Assembly (NCBI GenBank): GCA_964438115.1
Contig: CAYTJS010000001.1
Coordinates: 1-35,564 of the forward strand
Length of the DNA stretch: 35,564 bases
Direction: 5' to 3'
From: an uncultured Iamiaceae bacterium
GTDB lineage: Bacteria > Actinomycetota > Acidimicrobiia > Acidimicrobiales > DATDAH01
The translations under genes and the position numbers were made by a program. The notes under the pieces are model-generated. The model had not been told where the DNA came from. It worked only from the letters and a program-made list of their open reading frames with translations, and did not search any database. Position 1 is the first letter of the stretch, and each line of letters opens with the position of its first letter. Of the stretch, positions 8,479 through 17,323 are shown piece by piece.

Positions 8479-8841
8479 TCAGCCCAGGATCGACGACACG
8501 TCCATCACCAGCAGCACCACCAGCAGGCCGATGATGGTCACGTTGATGCAGGTGATGGGCCAGCGCCACCGGTGGTGGGACGACTGGAACCGCCGGATGC
8601 TCAACACGTTGAACACGATGGCCACCGGGCCCACGATCAGCCCCAACCACGGCCCCCAGTCCCCGGCCACCCCGAGGAGGGGCAGCACCCAGGGCAGGAG
8701 CACGTAGGCCAGCAGGCACCGGACCCCGGAGATGGCCACCGACTTGGAGAAGGCGGTGGTCGCCTCCTGCTGCTGGCGGCCCAGGTCGGCGGGGGCCGAC
8801 CCGGCGGGGGCCGACGGGGTGGGGGCGGTCACCTCGGTCAC
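8479..8841 (-). CDS. Small membrane protein, unknown function
   Basis: 120-aa ORF with three hydrophobic segments and high GC3. A GGAGGG sequence lies just upstream, so GTG 8832 may be the true start. It is on the same strand as, and 7 nt upstream of, the DUF454 gene. Confidence 0.55.
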   Translation of the reverse strand: MTEVTAPTPSAPAGSAPADLGRQQQEATTAFSKSVAISGVRCLLAYVLLPWVLPLLGVAGDWGPWLGLIVGPVAIVFNVLSIRRFQSSHHRWRWPITCINVTIIGLLVVLLVMDVSSILG

Positions 8842-8893
8842 CCCTCCAGCATGGCGCGCCCGGGCGCGGCTCGCACCATCGCCCGCCGCCCGG

Positions 8894-10525
8894 TCACCGG
8901 CCGACGGTCAGCGTGCGGGCGGTGCGGGGCAGGCGGCCGGTGAGCAGGGCCGTGTGGGCGTCGGCCCAATCGGTCAGTTCGGTGATCATCCCGTCGTCGT
9001 CGAGCAGCCACCACCGGTCCTGGGCGGCGAGGAAGGCCCGGTCGTGGGAGACCGAGATGCAGGTGCCCTCGAAGCCGTCGAGGGCGGCCTCGAGGGCCTC
9101 GGCCGACTCGAGGTCGAGGTTGTCGGTGGGCTCGTCGAGCAACAGGAGGGTGTCGCCGGCCAGCTCGAGGGCCAGGATCTCCAGCCGGGCCTTCTGCCCG
9201 CCCGAGAGCGTCTCGTAGCGCTGACGGGCGCAGCCCTCGAGGCCGTAGCGGGCCAGGTGACGCATGGTCGCCTCGTGGTTGCCGGCCCACCGCTCGACGA
9301 TGGCCCCGGCCTCGACGCCGAGGAAGTCGGGCCGGTCGTTGACCTGGGTGAAGAGGCCGGGCACCACCCGACTGCCGAGCACGATGTCGCCCTCCTCGGG
9401 GGTGAGCTCCCCGGCGATGGCCCGCAGGAGGTGGGACTTGCCGGTGCCGTTGGGGCCGACCAGGGCCAGCCGCTCGCCGTGATGGACCTCGTCGGCGAAG
9501 GGCCACACCAGCCCGTCGAGCCCGGCGCCCTTCACCGTCACCGCCCGGCGGGCCGTGTCCCCGCCCCGCAGCCGCGCCCGCATCGGCCGGGTCACCACCG
9601 GCGGGGGTGGCGGCCCGAGGTCGACCATGCGCTGCCAGCGGGTCTCGGCGGCATCGGCCTTGGAGGCCATCTTCGGGTTGAGTGAGGCCCGCTGCTTCAT
9701 CAGCTTCATGTGCTGGTGGAGGCGACGCTCCTCGGCCTTCCACCGCTCGAGGGCGTCACCGAGCCGGGCCTGCCGGGCCTCGCGGGCCGCCGGGTAGGTG
9801 GCGAAGGAGCCGCCGTGGACCCAGGCCCCGGACCCCTCGAGGGTCACGATGTGGTCGAGGGCGCGGGACAGCAGCTCGCGGTCGTGGCTGATGACCAGGA
9901 CGGTCTTGGGGGAGGTGACGATGAGCTCCTCGAGCCAGGTCTTGGCCGGCACGTCGAGGTAGTTGTCGGGCTCGTCCACCAGCAGGACAGGGGCCTCGGC
10001 CGTGAAGAGCACGTCGAGGGCCAGCTGCTTGAGCTCGCCCCCCGACAGGGTGGTGACCGGGCGGGCCAGCACCTCGTCGAGACCGGCGCCGAGGATGCGG
10101 CGGGTGCTGGCGTCCCACCGCCCCTCCAGCTCGTAGCCGCCCTGCTCGGACCAGCCGGCGATGGCCTCGGCCACCGCCATGCCCGCGCTGTCGTCACCGG
10201 CGGCGAGGCGGGCCTCGGCGGCGGCCAGGGCCTCGCCGGGCGCCCGCAGGCGGGGCGGGGCGAACCCGAGGAGCAACTGGCGCACCGTGCGATCGGTGGC
10301 GAAGCCCACGTCCTGGGGCAGGTAGAGCAGCTCGCCGCCCACGCGGACGTCGCCGGTGGCGGCCGGCAGCTCCCCCGCCAGCACTCGCATCAGGGTCGAC
10401 TTGCCGCTGCCGTTCTCGCCCACCAGGCCCCAGTGCTCACCGGGGCCGACCTTGAAGGAGACCTCGAAGAACAGGTCGTCGCCGCCGGGGTGGGCGTAGG
10501 AGAGGTCGGAGACGACGATGGACAC
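8894..10525 (-). CDS. ABC-F family ATPase (two ABC domains, no TM domain)
   Basis: It has two Walker A motifs (GENGSGKST and GPNGTGKSH), two LSGG signatures and an inter-domain linker, and no membrane domain. GTG start. Confidence 0.9.
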   Translation of the reverse strand: MSIVVSDLSYAHPGGDDLFFEVSFKVGPGEHWGLVGENGSGKSTLMRVLAGELPAATGDVRVGGELLYLPQDVGFATDRTVRQLLLGFAPPRLRAPGEALAAAEARLAAGDDSAGMAVAEAIAGWSEQGGYELEGRWDASTRRILGAGLDEVLARPVTTLSGGELKQLALDVLFTAEAPVLLVDEPDNYLDVPAKTWLEELIVTSPKTVLVISHDRELLSRALDHIVTLEGSGAWVHGGSFATYPAAREARQARLGDALERWKAEERRLHQHMKLMKQRASLNPKMASKADAAETRWQRMVDLGPPPPPVVTRPMRARLRGGDTARRAVTVKGAGLDGLVWPFADEVHHGERLALVGPNGTGKSHLLRAIAGELTPEEGDIVLGSRVVPGLFTQVNDRPDFLGVEAGAIVERWAGNHEATMRHLARYGLEGCARQRYETLSGGQKARLEILALELAGDTLLLLDEPTDNLDLESAEALEAALDGFEGTCISVSHDRAFLAAQDRWWLLDDDGMITELTDWADAHTALLTGRLPRTARTLTVGR

Positions 10526-10554
10526 GGCCGACCATCCTGGCGGGCCGCCCGGCC

Positions 10555-10578
10555 GACGGCCACCGGATTGCGGCCGTC
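10555..10578 (-). terminator. Weak hairpin downstream of the lipoprotein gene
   Basis: GACGGCC-N10-GGCCGTC forms a 7-bp stem immediately after the stop at 10580. There is no U-tract. Confidence 0.25.
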
Positions 10579-10579
10579 C

Positions 10580-11458
10580 TCAGCCGAGGACGAGCGGGAC
10601 CTCGTAGGCGTCGGCCCGACCGCCGGTGGCCTCGTCGGTCTGGAAGGCGACGAGGGTCGCGGGGCCGGTGGCCCCGCCCGGGTCGACGGTGACGGCGAAG
10701 GTGCCCCAGGTCCCCGTGCCCGCCGTGGCCGTCGTGAACCCCTCGTCCAGCACGGCGCCGTCGGCGGCGGTCAGTTCGTAGCGCACGTTGGCCTCGAAGG
10801 TGTTGGAGGTGCCGGACACCTCGAAGGGACCGGTCACCGTGGCGCCCGGCGTGGGCGACTCGACCAGGACCAGCGGGGTCAGACCCTCGAACTCGGCCCG
10901 GTCGAGGTCGGTGGCGGGCACCCCTTCACCGCCGATGGCGTCGACCGCCTCACCGTCGAGGCGGAGGTCGACCGCGTCGACGGTCGGGAACTGGGTGAGG
11001 GTGAACACGACCTGGGCCACTCGCAGCTGCATCGACAGGCTGCCGCCACCGGACTCGAACTCGCCCGACAGGTCGACGGTGGCCACCCCGTCGGCGATGC
11101 CCACGTCGAGCAGCTCGGTGCCGGCGGGGATGGCGCTGGTCATGCCGATCCCCGTCTCGAGGTCGTCGGGACCGTCCAGCAGGGCCTCCAGCGCGCCCCG
11201 GGCCACGGCCGGGGCGGTCACGGACCGACCGGCGGTGGCCACCGCCTCGTCCCGCACGAAGAACACCGCCACCTGGGGCTGCTCGGCGGGGACGGTCGTG
11301 GTGCTCGGTTCGGTGGTCGGGGAGGGGGCCGCGGTGGTCGTGGTCGACCCGCCGCCGTCGTCATCCCCGCAGGCCTCCGCCACCAGGGCCAGCAGCACCA
11401 GGACCGGCGCCACCAGCACCGTCCCGAGCCGTTGCGTCGTCCTCGGTCGTCCCGCCAT
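10580..11458 (-). CDS. Lipoprotein with GerMN and Gmad2 (Ig-like) domains
   Basis: It has a signal peptide with lipobox LVAEAC and a Thr/Pro linker. A GerMN-like block follows (VAVFFVRDE...ATVDLSGEF...VVFTLTQFPTVDAV). A Gmad2-like C-terminus is also present (VESPTPGATVTGPFEVSGTSNTFEANVRYEL). Confidence 0.8.
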   Translation of the reverse strand: MAGRPRTTQRLGTVLVAPVLVLLALVAEACGDDDGGGSTTTTAAPSPTTEPSTTTVPAEQPQVAVFFVRDEAVATAGRSVTAPAVARGALEALLDGPDDLETGIGMTSAIPAGTELLDVGIADGVATVDLSGEFESGGGSLSMQLRVAQVVFTLTQFPTVDAVDLRLDGEAVDAIGGEGVPATDLDRAEFEGLTPLVLVESPTPGATVTGPFEVSGTSNTFEANVRYELTAADGAVLDEGFTTATAGTGTWGTFAVTVDPGGATGPATLVAFQTDEATGGRADAYEVPLVLG

Positions 11459-11519
11459 GGCCCGAACCTACGACCACCACGGGCCGCCGTCACGGGCCGG
11501 GCGGCCCGGACCGTCGGGG

Positions 11520-12323
11520 CTAGGCCCCCTTGACGTCCCGGCGGTCGACCCCCACCGTCCCGACGGCGACCAGGCCGGCCGAGACCAGCACCACGACGAG
11601 CAGGCGCAGGAGGTCGATGCCGTCGCTCACCGGCTGCTCGCCGGTGGCCCAGTCCCAGGGCGAGAGCCACCGGGCCCCGTCGAGGGCGTCGGAGATCGGG
11701 AAGACGAAGGCGAGGAGGTAGCCGAGGACGAGCACACCGATCGCCACCCCCAGGGCCAGTCCCCGGGAGCCGCCCAGCCCGCCCACGGCGTAGGCGACGG
11801 TGGCGTGGAAGACGGCGAGCACCCCGGCGGCGAGGGTGGCCACCAGGACGGCGCCGTAGCCGGCCTCGGTGAGCGAGAAGGGGGCGAGGGCGACCAGGAC
11901 GGCGGCGGCGGTGACGACCACGATCGCGCCCAGCACCAGCAGGCCCGACGCCAGCCGGGCCAGCCACAGGGTGGTGCGCCGCACCGGCAGGGCGGCCAGC
12001 AGCTCGAGGCGCCCGGCGTCCTCGTCACCCGCCGTGAGGGCCGACACCATGGCGATGGCTGCGCCCGACAGCAGCAGCGGCAGCAGGAAGGCGTAGAGCT
12101 GGCCATCGAGGTACCCGGGGGGCTGGGACATGCCCTGACCGCCGAACGCCTCCAGCAGGTCGCCCATCTCGCGCTCCATCTCGACCAGGGAGTTGGAGTT
12201 CTCGAGGCTGGGCCAGAACGCCATGTTCAGGAGGGCGAAGACCACGATGGCGAACCCCCACCAGAACCCCGAACGCCGCACGGCGGCCGTGCCCCGGCGG
12301 ACCAGCTCGGCGACCGGGCTCAC
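11520..12323 (-). CDS. ABC-2 type transporter permease
   Basis: This is a 267-aa polytopic membrane protein. GTG 12323 overlaps the ATPase stop (GTGA). The upstream part of the 456-aa ORF is an out-of-frame reading of the ATPase gene. Confidence 0.8.
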   Translation of the reverse strand: MSPVAELVRRGTAAVRRSGFWWGFAIVVFALLNMAFWPSLENSNSLVEMEREMGDLLEAFGGQGMSQPPGYLDGQLYAFLLPLLLSGAAIAMVSALTAGDEDAGRLELLAALPVRRTTLWLARLASGLLVLGAIVVVTAAAVLVALAPFSLTEAGYGAVLVATLAAGVLAVFHATVAYAVGGLGGSRGLALGVAIGVLVLGYLLAFVFPISDALDGARWLSPWDWATGEQPVSDGIDLLRLLVVVLVSAGLVAVGTVGVDRRDVKGA

Positions 12324-13252
12324 GACGCCCCGCCGTGGTGCTCGTGGTTGCGCTCCTCCTCGTAGAGCGAGAGGAACGCCGACTCGAGGTCGGGCTCGGG
12401 CAGCAGCAGGTGGTCGAGGCGGTGCCCGGCGAGCAGGGCGACGAGGGCGTCGGGCGACCCGTCGAGCACGCCGCTGACCTCGCGCCCGCGCACCACCACG
12501 TCGTGCACGCCGGGCACGGCCCGGAGCGCCTCGACCGGGGCCTCGTCGGCGAACCACACGCTGAAGGGCTGGCGGGCGGCGTGGCTCAGCTCGGCCACAC
12601 CCCCCTCGGCCACCACCCGGCCGCGGCGGATGACGATCACCCGGTCCGCGGTGTGCTGGATCTCGCTCAGGACGTGGGACGACAGGAAGACCGACGCCCC
12701 CCGCTCCACCGCCTCGGCCACCAGCTCCTGGAACTCGGCCTGGACCAGGGGGTCCAGGCCGTTGGTCGGCTCGTCCAGGATCAGCAACTCGGGGTCGGCG
12801 AGGAACGCCCCGACGAGGCCCACCTTCCGCCGGTTGCCACTGGAGAGGCCCTTGGCCCGGCGCCCCGGGTCGAGGTCGAGGCGCTCGCACAGCTCGGGGG
12901 CCCGGCCGAGGTCGGGCAGGCCCCGCAGGCGGGCCCAGCTGCGCAGGGTCTCGAGCACGGTGAGGCGCTCGTCGAGACGCAGCTCACCCGGCACGTAGCC
13001 GATCCGGCGCCGGACCTCGACGTCGGCGCGGGGGTCCACGCCCAGCACGGAGACCGCGCCCTCGTCGGCCCGGGCCAGGTCGAGCAGGATGCGGATGGTC
13101 GTCGACTTGCCGGCCCCGTTGGGGCCGAGGAAGCCGACGACCTGCCCGCCGACCACGTCGAGGTCCAGCCCGTCGAGGGCGGTGACGGCGCCGAAGCGCT
13201 TCACCACGCCCTCGCACCGGATCACCGCACCCGCGTCGGCCACGGCGGCCAT
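12320..13252 (-). CDS. ABC transporter ATP-binding protein (ABC-2/DrrA-like exporter)
   Basis: It has Walker A GPNGAGKST, signature LSSGNRRKV, and Walker B LLILDEPTNGLD. Confidence 0.9.
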   Translation of the reverse strand: MAAVADAGAVIRCEGVVKRFGAVTALDGLDLDVVGGQVVGFLGPNGAGKSTTIRILLDLARADEGAVSVLGVDPRADVEVRRRIGYVPGELRLDERLTVLETLRSWARLRGLPDLGRAPELCERLDLDPGRRAKGLSSGNRRKVGLVGAFLADPELLILDEPTNGLDPLVQAEFQELVAEAVERGASVFLSSHVLSEIQHTADRVIVIRRGRVVAEGGVAELSHAARQPFSVWFADEAPVEALRAVPGVHDVVVRGREVSGVLDGSPDALVALLAGHRLDHLLLPEPDLESAFLSLYEEERNHEHHGGAS

Positions 13253-13266
13253 CCTTCCACCCGCCT

Positions 13267-13272
13267 TAGCCT
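13267..13272 (+). promoter_or_regulatory. Candidate -10 (TAGCCT) for a leaderless SDR transcript
   Basis: A TANNNT hexamer ends 6 nt before ATG 13279. The whole divergent intergenic region is only 26 bp. Confidence 0.3.
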
Positions 13273-13278
13273 CCTGCC

Positions 13279-14052
13279 ATGGACGATCGTTCCGTCGCCG
13301 TGGTCACCGGGGCCGGCAGCCCCGACGGGATCGGGCTGGCTGCGGCCCGGGCGCTGGGACGCGGCGGGGCCGCCGTGCTCGTGACCTCCACCACCGACCG
13401 CATCCAGGACCGGGTCGCCGACCTGGCGGCCGAGGACATCGACGCCGTCGGCGTGGTCGCCGACCTCCAGGACCCCGGTGCCGCCGCCGCCCTCGTGGCC
13501 GAGGCCACGGCGGCCTTCGGCCACCTCGACGTGGTCGTCAACAACGCCGGGATGGTCGCCGTCGGCGGCGCGCTGGTCGACGCCCCGACCGACGACTACG
13601 GCGACGACCTGTGGGCCGATGCCCTCGACCGCAACCTGACCACGGCCTTCCGGGTGGCCCGGGCCGCCCTCCCGGCCCTGCGCGCCCGGGGCGGCGGCCG
13701 CATCGTGAACGTCGCCTCGACCAGCGGGCCCGTCCAGGCCTTCGTGGGCGACCCCGGGTACCACGCGGCCAAGGCGGGCATGGTGGGCCTCACCCGGGCC
13801 CTGGCCCTCGAGGTGGCGGCCGACCGCATCACCGTCAACGCCGTGGCCCCCGGCTGGATCGCCACCGCTTCGCAGACCCCCCAGGAGGCGGCCGCCGGCG
13901 CCGCCGGCCCGATGCGCCGCTCGGGCACCCCCGACGAGGTCGCCGCCGCCATCGCCTTCCTCGCCTCCCCCGCCGCCTCCTACGTCACCGGCCAACTCCT
14001 CGTCGTCGACGGCGGCAACTCCCTCCCGGAGGATCACACATCAAACCGGTAG
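13279..14052 (+). CDS. SDR-family oxidoreductase (FabG-like)
   Basis: It has the cofactor motif VVTGAGSPDGIG, an NNAG motif, and the catalytic Y-x3-K (YHAAK). Confidence 0.9.
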   Translation: MDDRSVAVVTGAGSPDGIGLAAARALGRGGAAVLVTSTTDRIQDRVADLAAEDIDAVGVVADLQDPGAAAALVAEATAAFGHLDVVVNNAGMVAVGGALVDAPTDDYGDDLWADALDRNLTTAFRVARAALPALRARGGGRIVNVASTSGPVQAFVGDPGYHAAKAGMVGLTRALALEVAADRITVNAVAPGWIATASQTPQEAAAGAAGPMRRSGTPDEVAAAIAFLASPAASYVTGQLLVVDGGNSLPEDHTSNR

Positions 14053-14714
14053 CCCATGCCGGGCTCGGTGACGAGGTGGCGGGGGTTCGGGGGGTCGGGC
14101 TCGAGCTTGCGGCGGAGGTGGGCCAGGTGGACCCGGAGGGAGTTGGAGGCGTCGCCGTAGTCGGGGCCCCACACCTGGAGCTGGAGGGCCTGGGCCGTGA
14201 CCAGCTTCCCGCGGTTGCGCACCAGCACCTCGAGCAGGTGCCACTCGGTGGGTGTGAGGTGGATCGGCGTCCCGCCGGGGTCGACGACCTGGCGCCGGGC
14301 CAGATCGACGTCGAAGTGCTCGGTGACCACCACGGCGTCCTCCTCGGCGGGGGCGGCCCGGCGCAGGGCCGCCCGCAGGCGGGCCAGCAGCTCGTTCATG
14401 CCGAAGGGCTTGGGGACGTAGTCGTCGGCCCCGGCGTCGAGGGCGGCCACCTTGTCGGCCTCGTCGTGACGGGCCGAAAGGATGATGATCGGCACCGAGT
14501 TCCAGCCCCGCAGGCCCCGCACCACCTCGGTCCCGTCGATCCCCGGCAGCCCGAGGTCGAGGATGACCGCATCGGGGTGCCGCTCGGCGGCCAGGCGCAG
14601 CGCCTGCTCGCCCGTCGAGGCCAGGTCGACCTCGTAGCCCCGGGCCCGCAGGTTGGTGGAGAGGGCCCGCACGATGGCCTCCTCGTCGTCGACCACCAGG
14701 ATCCGTTCGCCCAT
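14034..14714 (-). CDS. kdpE: OmpR-family response regulator KdpE
   Basis: It has a receiver domain (ILVVDDE...DLGLPGIDG). The winged-helix C-terminus follows the KdpE pattern LTPTEWHLLEVLVRNRGKLVT...QVWGPDY...LRVHLAHLRRKLEPDP...LVTEPGMGYRF. Its ATG overlaps the kdpD stop (ATGA). Confidence 0.85.
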   Translation of the reverse strand: MGERILVVDDEEAIVRALSTNLRARGYEVDLASTGEQALRLAAERHPDAVILDLGLPGIDGTEVVRGLRGWNSVPIIILSARHDEADKVAALDAGADDYVPKPFGMNELLARLRAALRRAAPAEEDAVVVTEHFDVDLARRQVVDPGGTPIHLTPTEWHLLEVLVRNRGKLVTAQALQLQVWGPDYGDASNSLRVHLAHLRRKLEPDPPNPRHLVTEPGMGYRFDV

Positions 14715-17230
14715 CAGCGGACTCCTCCCTGCGCCGCCACCGGCAGGCGCACCACCGCCGTGGTCCCCCCGCCGGGGGTGTCGTCCAGCACCAGCTCACC
14801 GTCCATGGCCTCGACCAGGCCCCGGGCGATGGCCAGGCCCAGGCCCAGCCCGTCACCGGCCCGGCGCCGCTCGAAGGGCTCGAAGATCCGCTCCCGGTCG
14901 GCCTCCGGGATGCCGGGGCCGTGGTCGACGACCCGCACGTCGATGCCGGCGGGGACCCGCCCGGCTTCGACCCGGACCCCGGCGGGGGCCGCCTTCAGGG
15001 CGTTGTCGACGAGGTTGTTGACCACCCGCTCGAGCAGGGCCCGGTCGGCCCGCACCGCCGGGAGGCGCTCCTCGACCGCCAGGTCGACCGTCCGGCCCCG
15101 GTCACCCAAGCCGGCCAGGGCGGCGGGCACGACCTCGTCGAGGCCCACGGCGGCCAGTTCCGGCTTCAGCACCCCGGCCCGGAGCCGACCGAGGTCCAGG
15201 AGGTTGGCGACCAGGGCGCTGAGCCGGTCGGTCTCCTCCTCGATGGTGCGGAGGAACTCGTCGACGTCGTCGGGCGACCAGGCCACGTCGTGCTGGCGCA
15301 GGCTGGACACCGAGGCCTTGATCCCGGCCAGCGGCGTCCGCAGATCGTGGGAGACCGAGCGCAACAACGCCGTGCTGAGGTCGTGGGCCTGGGCCAGCTC
15401 GCCGGCCCGCTCGGCCTCGACGGCCAGCCGGCGGGCCTCCACCGCGGAGGAGAGCTGGCCGGCCAGCGCCCCGAGCACCCGGAGGTCGGCCGCTCCCAGC
15501 TCGCGGCCGACGAGGGCCAACACGAGGCCCGGCGCCACCTCGCGGGTGACGTCGGCCTCCTCGGGAACCGTCGGCGCCCGCCCCGCCGTGACCTCGGCCA
15601 CCCAGCCGTCGCCCTCCCGCGCCAGCAGGGCGACGCCCTGCATGCCGAAGGTCGCCTGGAGGTGCTCGACGAGCCCCGGCAGGGCGTCGGCCTCGGCCAG
15701 CGAGCCGGCCAGGGTGGCCATGGCCTCGGCCTCGGCCCGGCTCCGGGCGCTCTCCAGCCCCAGGCGGGCCACCCGGTCGACCAGCACGCAGACGATGCCG
15801 GCCGACAGCAGGAACACGACGAGGGCGATGACCTCCTGGGACTGGGACACGGTGAGGCCGTAGAGGGGATCGGTGAAGTACCAGTCGGCGAGGAGCACGC
15901 CCGCCACCGCGGTGACCAGGGCGGGCACCGTGCCGCCGACCAGGGCCACGGTCAGCGAGAGCAGGAGGTAGAGGAGCAGGACCGCGGGCAGGTGCACCTG
16001 CTCGCGGAGGTTGGCCAGGGCCAGGGTGAGCAGGGGGAGGCCGGCGGCGGCCACCGCCCAGCCCCAGGCCCGCCGACGGGGGGACACGGCGAGCAGCCGG
16101 GTGCGGCCCTGCGGCAGGGGCCGCGGGGCCTGGTCGTCGTCGGAGATCACGTGGACGTCGACCGGGCCGGCGTCACGGACCACCTGGTCGATGACCGATC
16201 CTCGGGAGAGCCGCTCCCAGCGGCTACGACGGCTGGCCCCGAGGACGAGCTGGGTGGCGTTCTCGGCCCGGGCCACGTCGAGCAGGCCGGCGGCCACGTC
16301 GGCGGCCACGACGGTGCGCAGTTCGCCCCCGAAGGAGGCCAGGAGGCGACGGTGCTCGGCCAGTGGCCCCGCGGTGGACTCCGGCGTGGCGTCGTGCTGG
16401 ACGTGCACGCCGACGAGGGTCCCGCCCGACCGTTGGGCCAGCCGGGCGGCCCGCCGCACCAGGTGATCGGTCCCGGGCGCGCCGGTCACGGCCACGAGCA
16501 CCCGTTCCCGGGTGTCCCAGGTCTCGTCGATGCCGTGGCGGCGGCGGTAGTCGGCGAGGGCGTCGTCGGCCCGGTCGGCCAGCCAGCGCAGGGCCAGCTC
16601 GCGGAGGGCCATCAGGTTGCCCTCGCGGAAGTAGTTGCCCAGGGCAGCGTCCACGGCATCGGCGGGGAAGAGGCCACCGCCCGCCAATCGGGCCCGCAAC
16701 TCGGACGGGGGGACGTCCACCAGGGTCACGTCGTCGGCCGACCGCAGCAGCTCGTCGGGTACCGAGCCGGACCGCCGCACGCCGGTCACCCGCTCGGCGA
16801 CGTCGCGCTGGGAGGCGACCTCGTCGATGTCGAGCGCGGTGACGACGTCGATCCCCGCGTCCAAGAGCGCCTCGACGTCCTCGGCCCGCGTGGCGTGCGG
16901 GCTGCCCGGGGGGTTGGGCCGGGCCAGGTCGTCGACGAGGGCCAGCCCGGGGGCCCGGTCGAGGACCGCGGCCAGGTCCAACTCCGGCGCGCCGTCGGCG
17001 CCGACACCCCGGGGGGCGACCACCTCGAGGTCGGCCAGCCCGGCGGCGGTGGCGGGGCGCTCGTGGGGATCGGCGACCGCCACCACCACGTCCTCGCCCC
17101 GGATCCGGCGCCGACGACCCTCGGCCAGCAGGGCCACGGTCTTGCCCGCCCCGGGGGCGGCGCCGAGCATCACCCGCAGTCGGCCGCGACGGCCGGCGAT
17201 CGGCGTTCCCGACTGGCCCACGGGGTTCAC
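14714..17230 (-). CDS. kdpD: Sensor histidine kinase KdpD
   Basis: Full KdpD architecture is present: an N-terminal P-loop domain (GAAPGAGKT), a Usp-like domain, a TM cluster, the H-box SHDLRTPLAGI, and an HATPase C-terminus. GTG start at 17230. Confidence 0.9.
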   Translation of the reverse strand: MNPVGQSGTPIAGRRGRLRVMLGAAPGAGKTVALLAEGRRRRIRGEDVVVAVADPHERPATAAGLADLEVVAPRGVGADGAPELDLAAVLDRAPGLALVDDLARPNPPGSPHATRAEDVEALLDAGIDVVTALDIDEVASQRDVAERVTGVRRSGSVPDELLRSADDVTLVDVPPSELRARLAGGGLFPADAVDAALGNYFREGNLMALRELALRWLADRADDALADYRRRHGIDETWDTRERVLVAVTGAPGTDHLVRRAARLAQRSGGTLVGVHVQHDATPESTAGPLAEHRRLLASFGGELRTVVAADVAAGLLDVARAENATQLVLGASRRSRWERLSRGSVIDQVVRDAGPVDVHVISDDDQAPRPLPQGRTRLLAVSPRRRAWGWAVAAAGLPLLTLALANLREQVHLPAVLLLYLLLSLTVALVGGTVPALVTAVAGVLLADWYFTDPLYGLTVSQSQEVIALVVFLLSAGIVCVLVDRVARLGLESARSRAEAEAMATLAGSLAEADALPGLVEHLQATFGMQGVALLAREGDGWVAEVTAGRAPTVPEEADVTREVAPGLVLALVGRELGAADLRVLGALAGQLSSAVEARRLAVEAERAGELAQAHDLSTALLRSVSHDLRTPLAGIKASVSSLRQHDVAWSPDDVDEFLRTIEEETDRLSALVANLLDLGRLRAGVLKPELAAVGLDEVVPAALAGLGDRGRTVDLAVEERLPAVRADRALLERVVNNLVDNALKAAPAGVRVEAGRVPAGIDVRVVDHGPGIPEADRERIFEPFERRRAGDGLGLGLAIARGLVEAMDGELVLDDTPGGGTTAVVRLPVAAQGGVR

Positions 17231-17262
17231 GCTACGGCCCGGTCCGATGCCGGGAGCGCCGC

Positions 17263-17281
17263 CCTTAACGAGGCCTTAACG
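17263..17281 (+). promoter_or_regulatory. Direct repeat CCTTAACG-N3-CCTTAACG, candidate KdpE (OmpR-type) binding site
   Basis: Two identical 8-mers lie at 17263..17270 and 17274..17281, 11 bp start to start. They are AT-enriched in a GC-rich spacer. They lie just upstream of a candidate -35 (GTGACG 17288..17293) and -10 (TAGCTT 17310..17315) for the transporter gene. Confidence 0.35.
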
Positions 17282-17309
17282 GCCCCGGTGACGGTCCCAC
17301 GGCCACCCG

Positions 17310-17315
17310 TAGCTT
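17310..17315 (+). promoter_or_regulatory. Candidate -10 (TAGCTT) for the KimA-like gene
   Basis: A TANNNT hexamer ends 5 nt before GTG 17321 and 8 nt before ATG 17324. Confidence 0.3.
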
Positions 17316-17323
17316 CCCCGGTG

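Noticed and set aside
8855-8868. A perfect GC-only palindrome, CGCGCCCGGGCGCG, downstream of the ABC-F gene.
   Set aside because: It is a low-complexity GC palindrome of a kind expected by chance at this composition. It leaves no room for a loop if fully paired, and it has no supporting context.
14921-17323. The 800-aa N-terminal extension that makes the transporter ORF 1460 aa long.
   Set aside because: This part is antisense to kdpD and reads as junk. The recognisable transporter sequence begins at MAYSTLKRII (17324), which has a -10-like hexamer just upstream.
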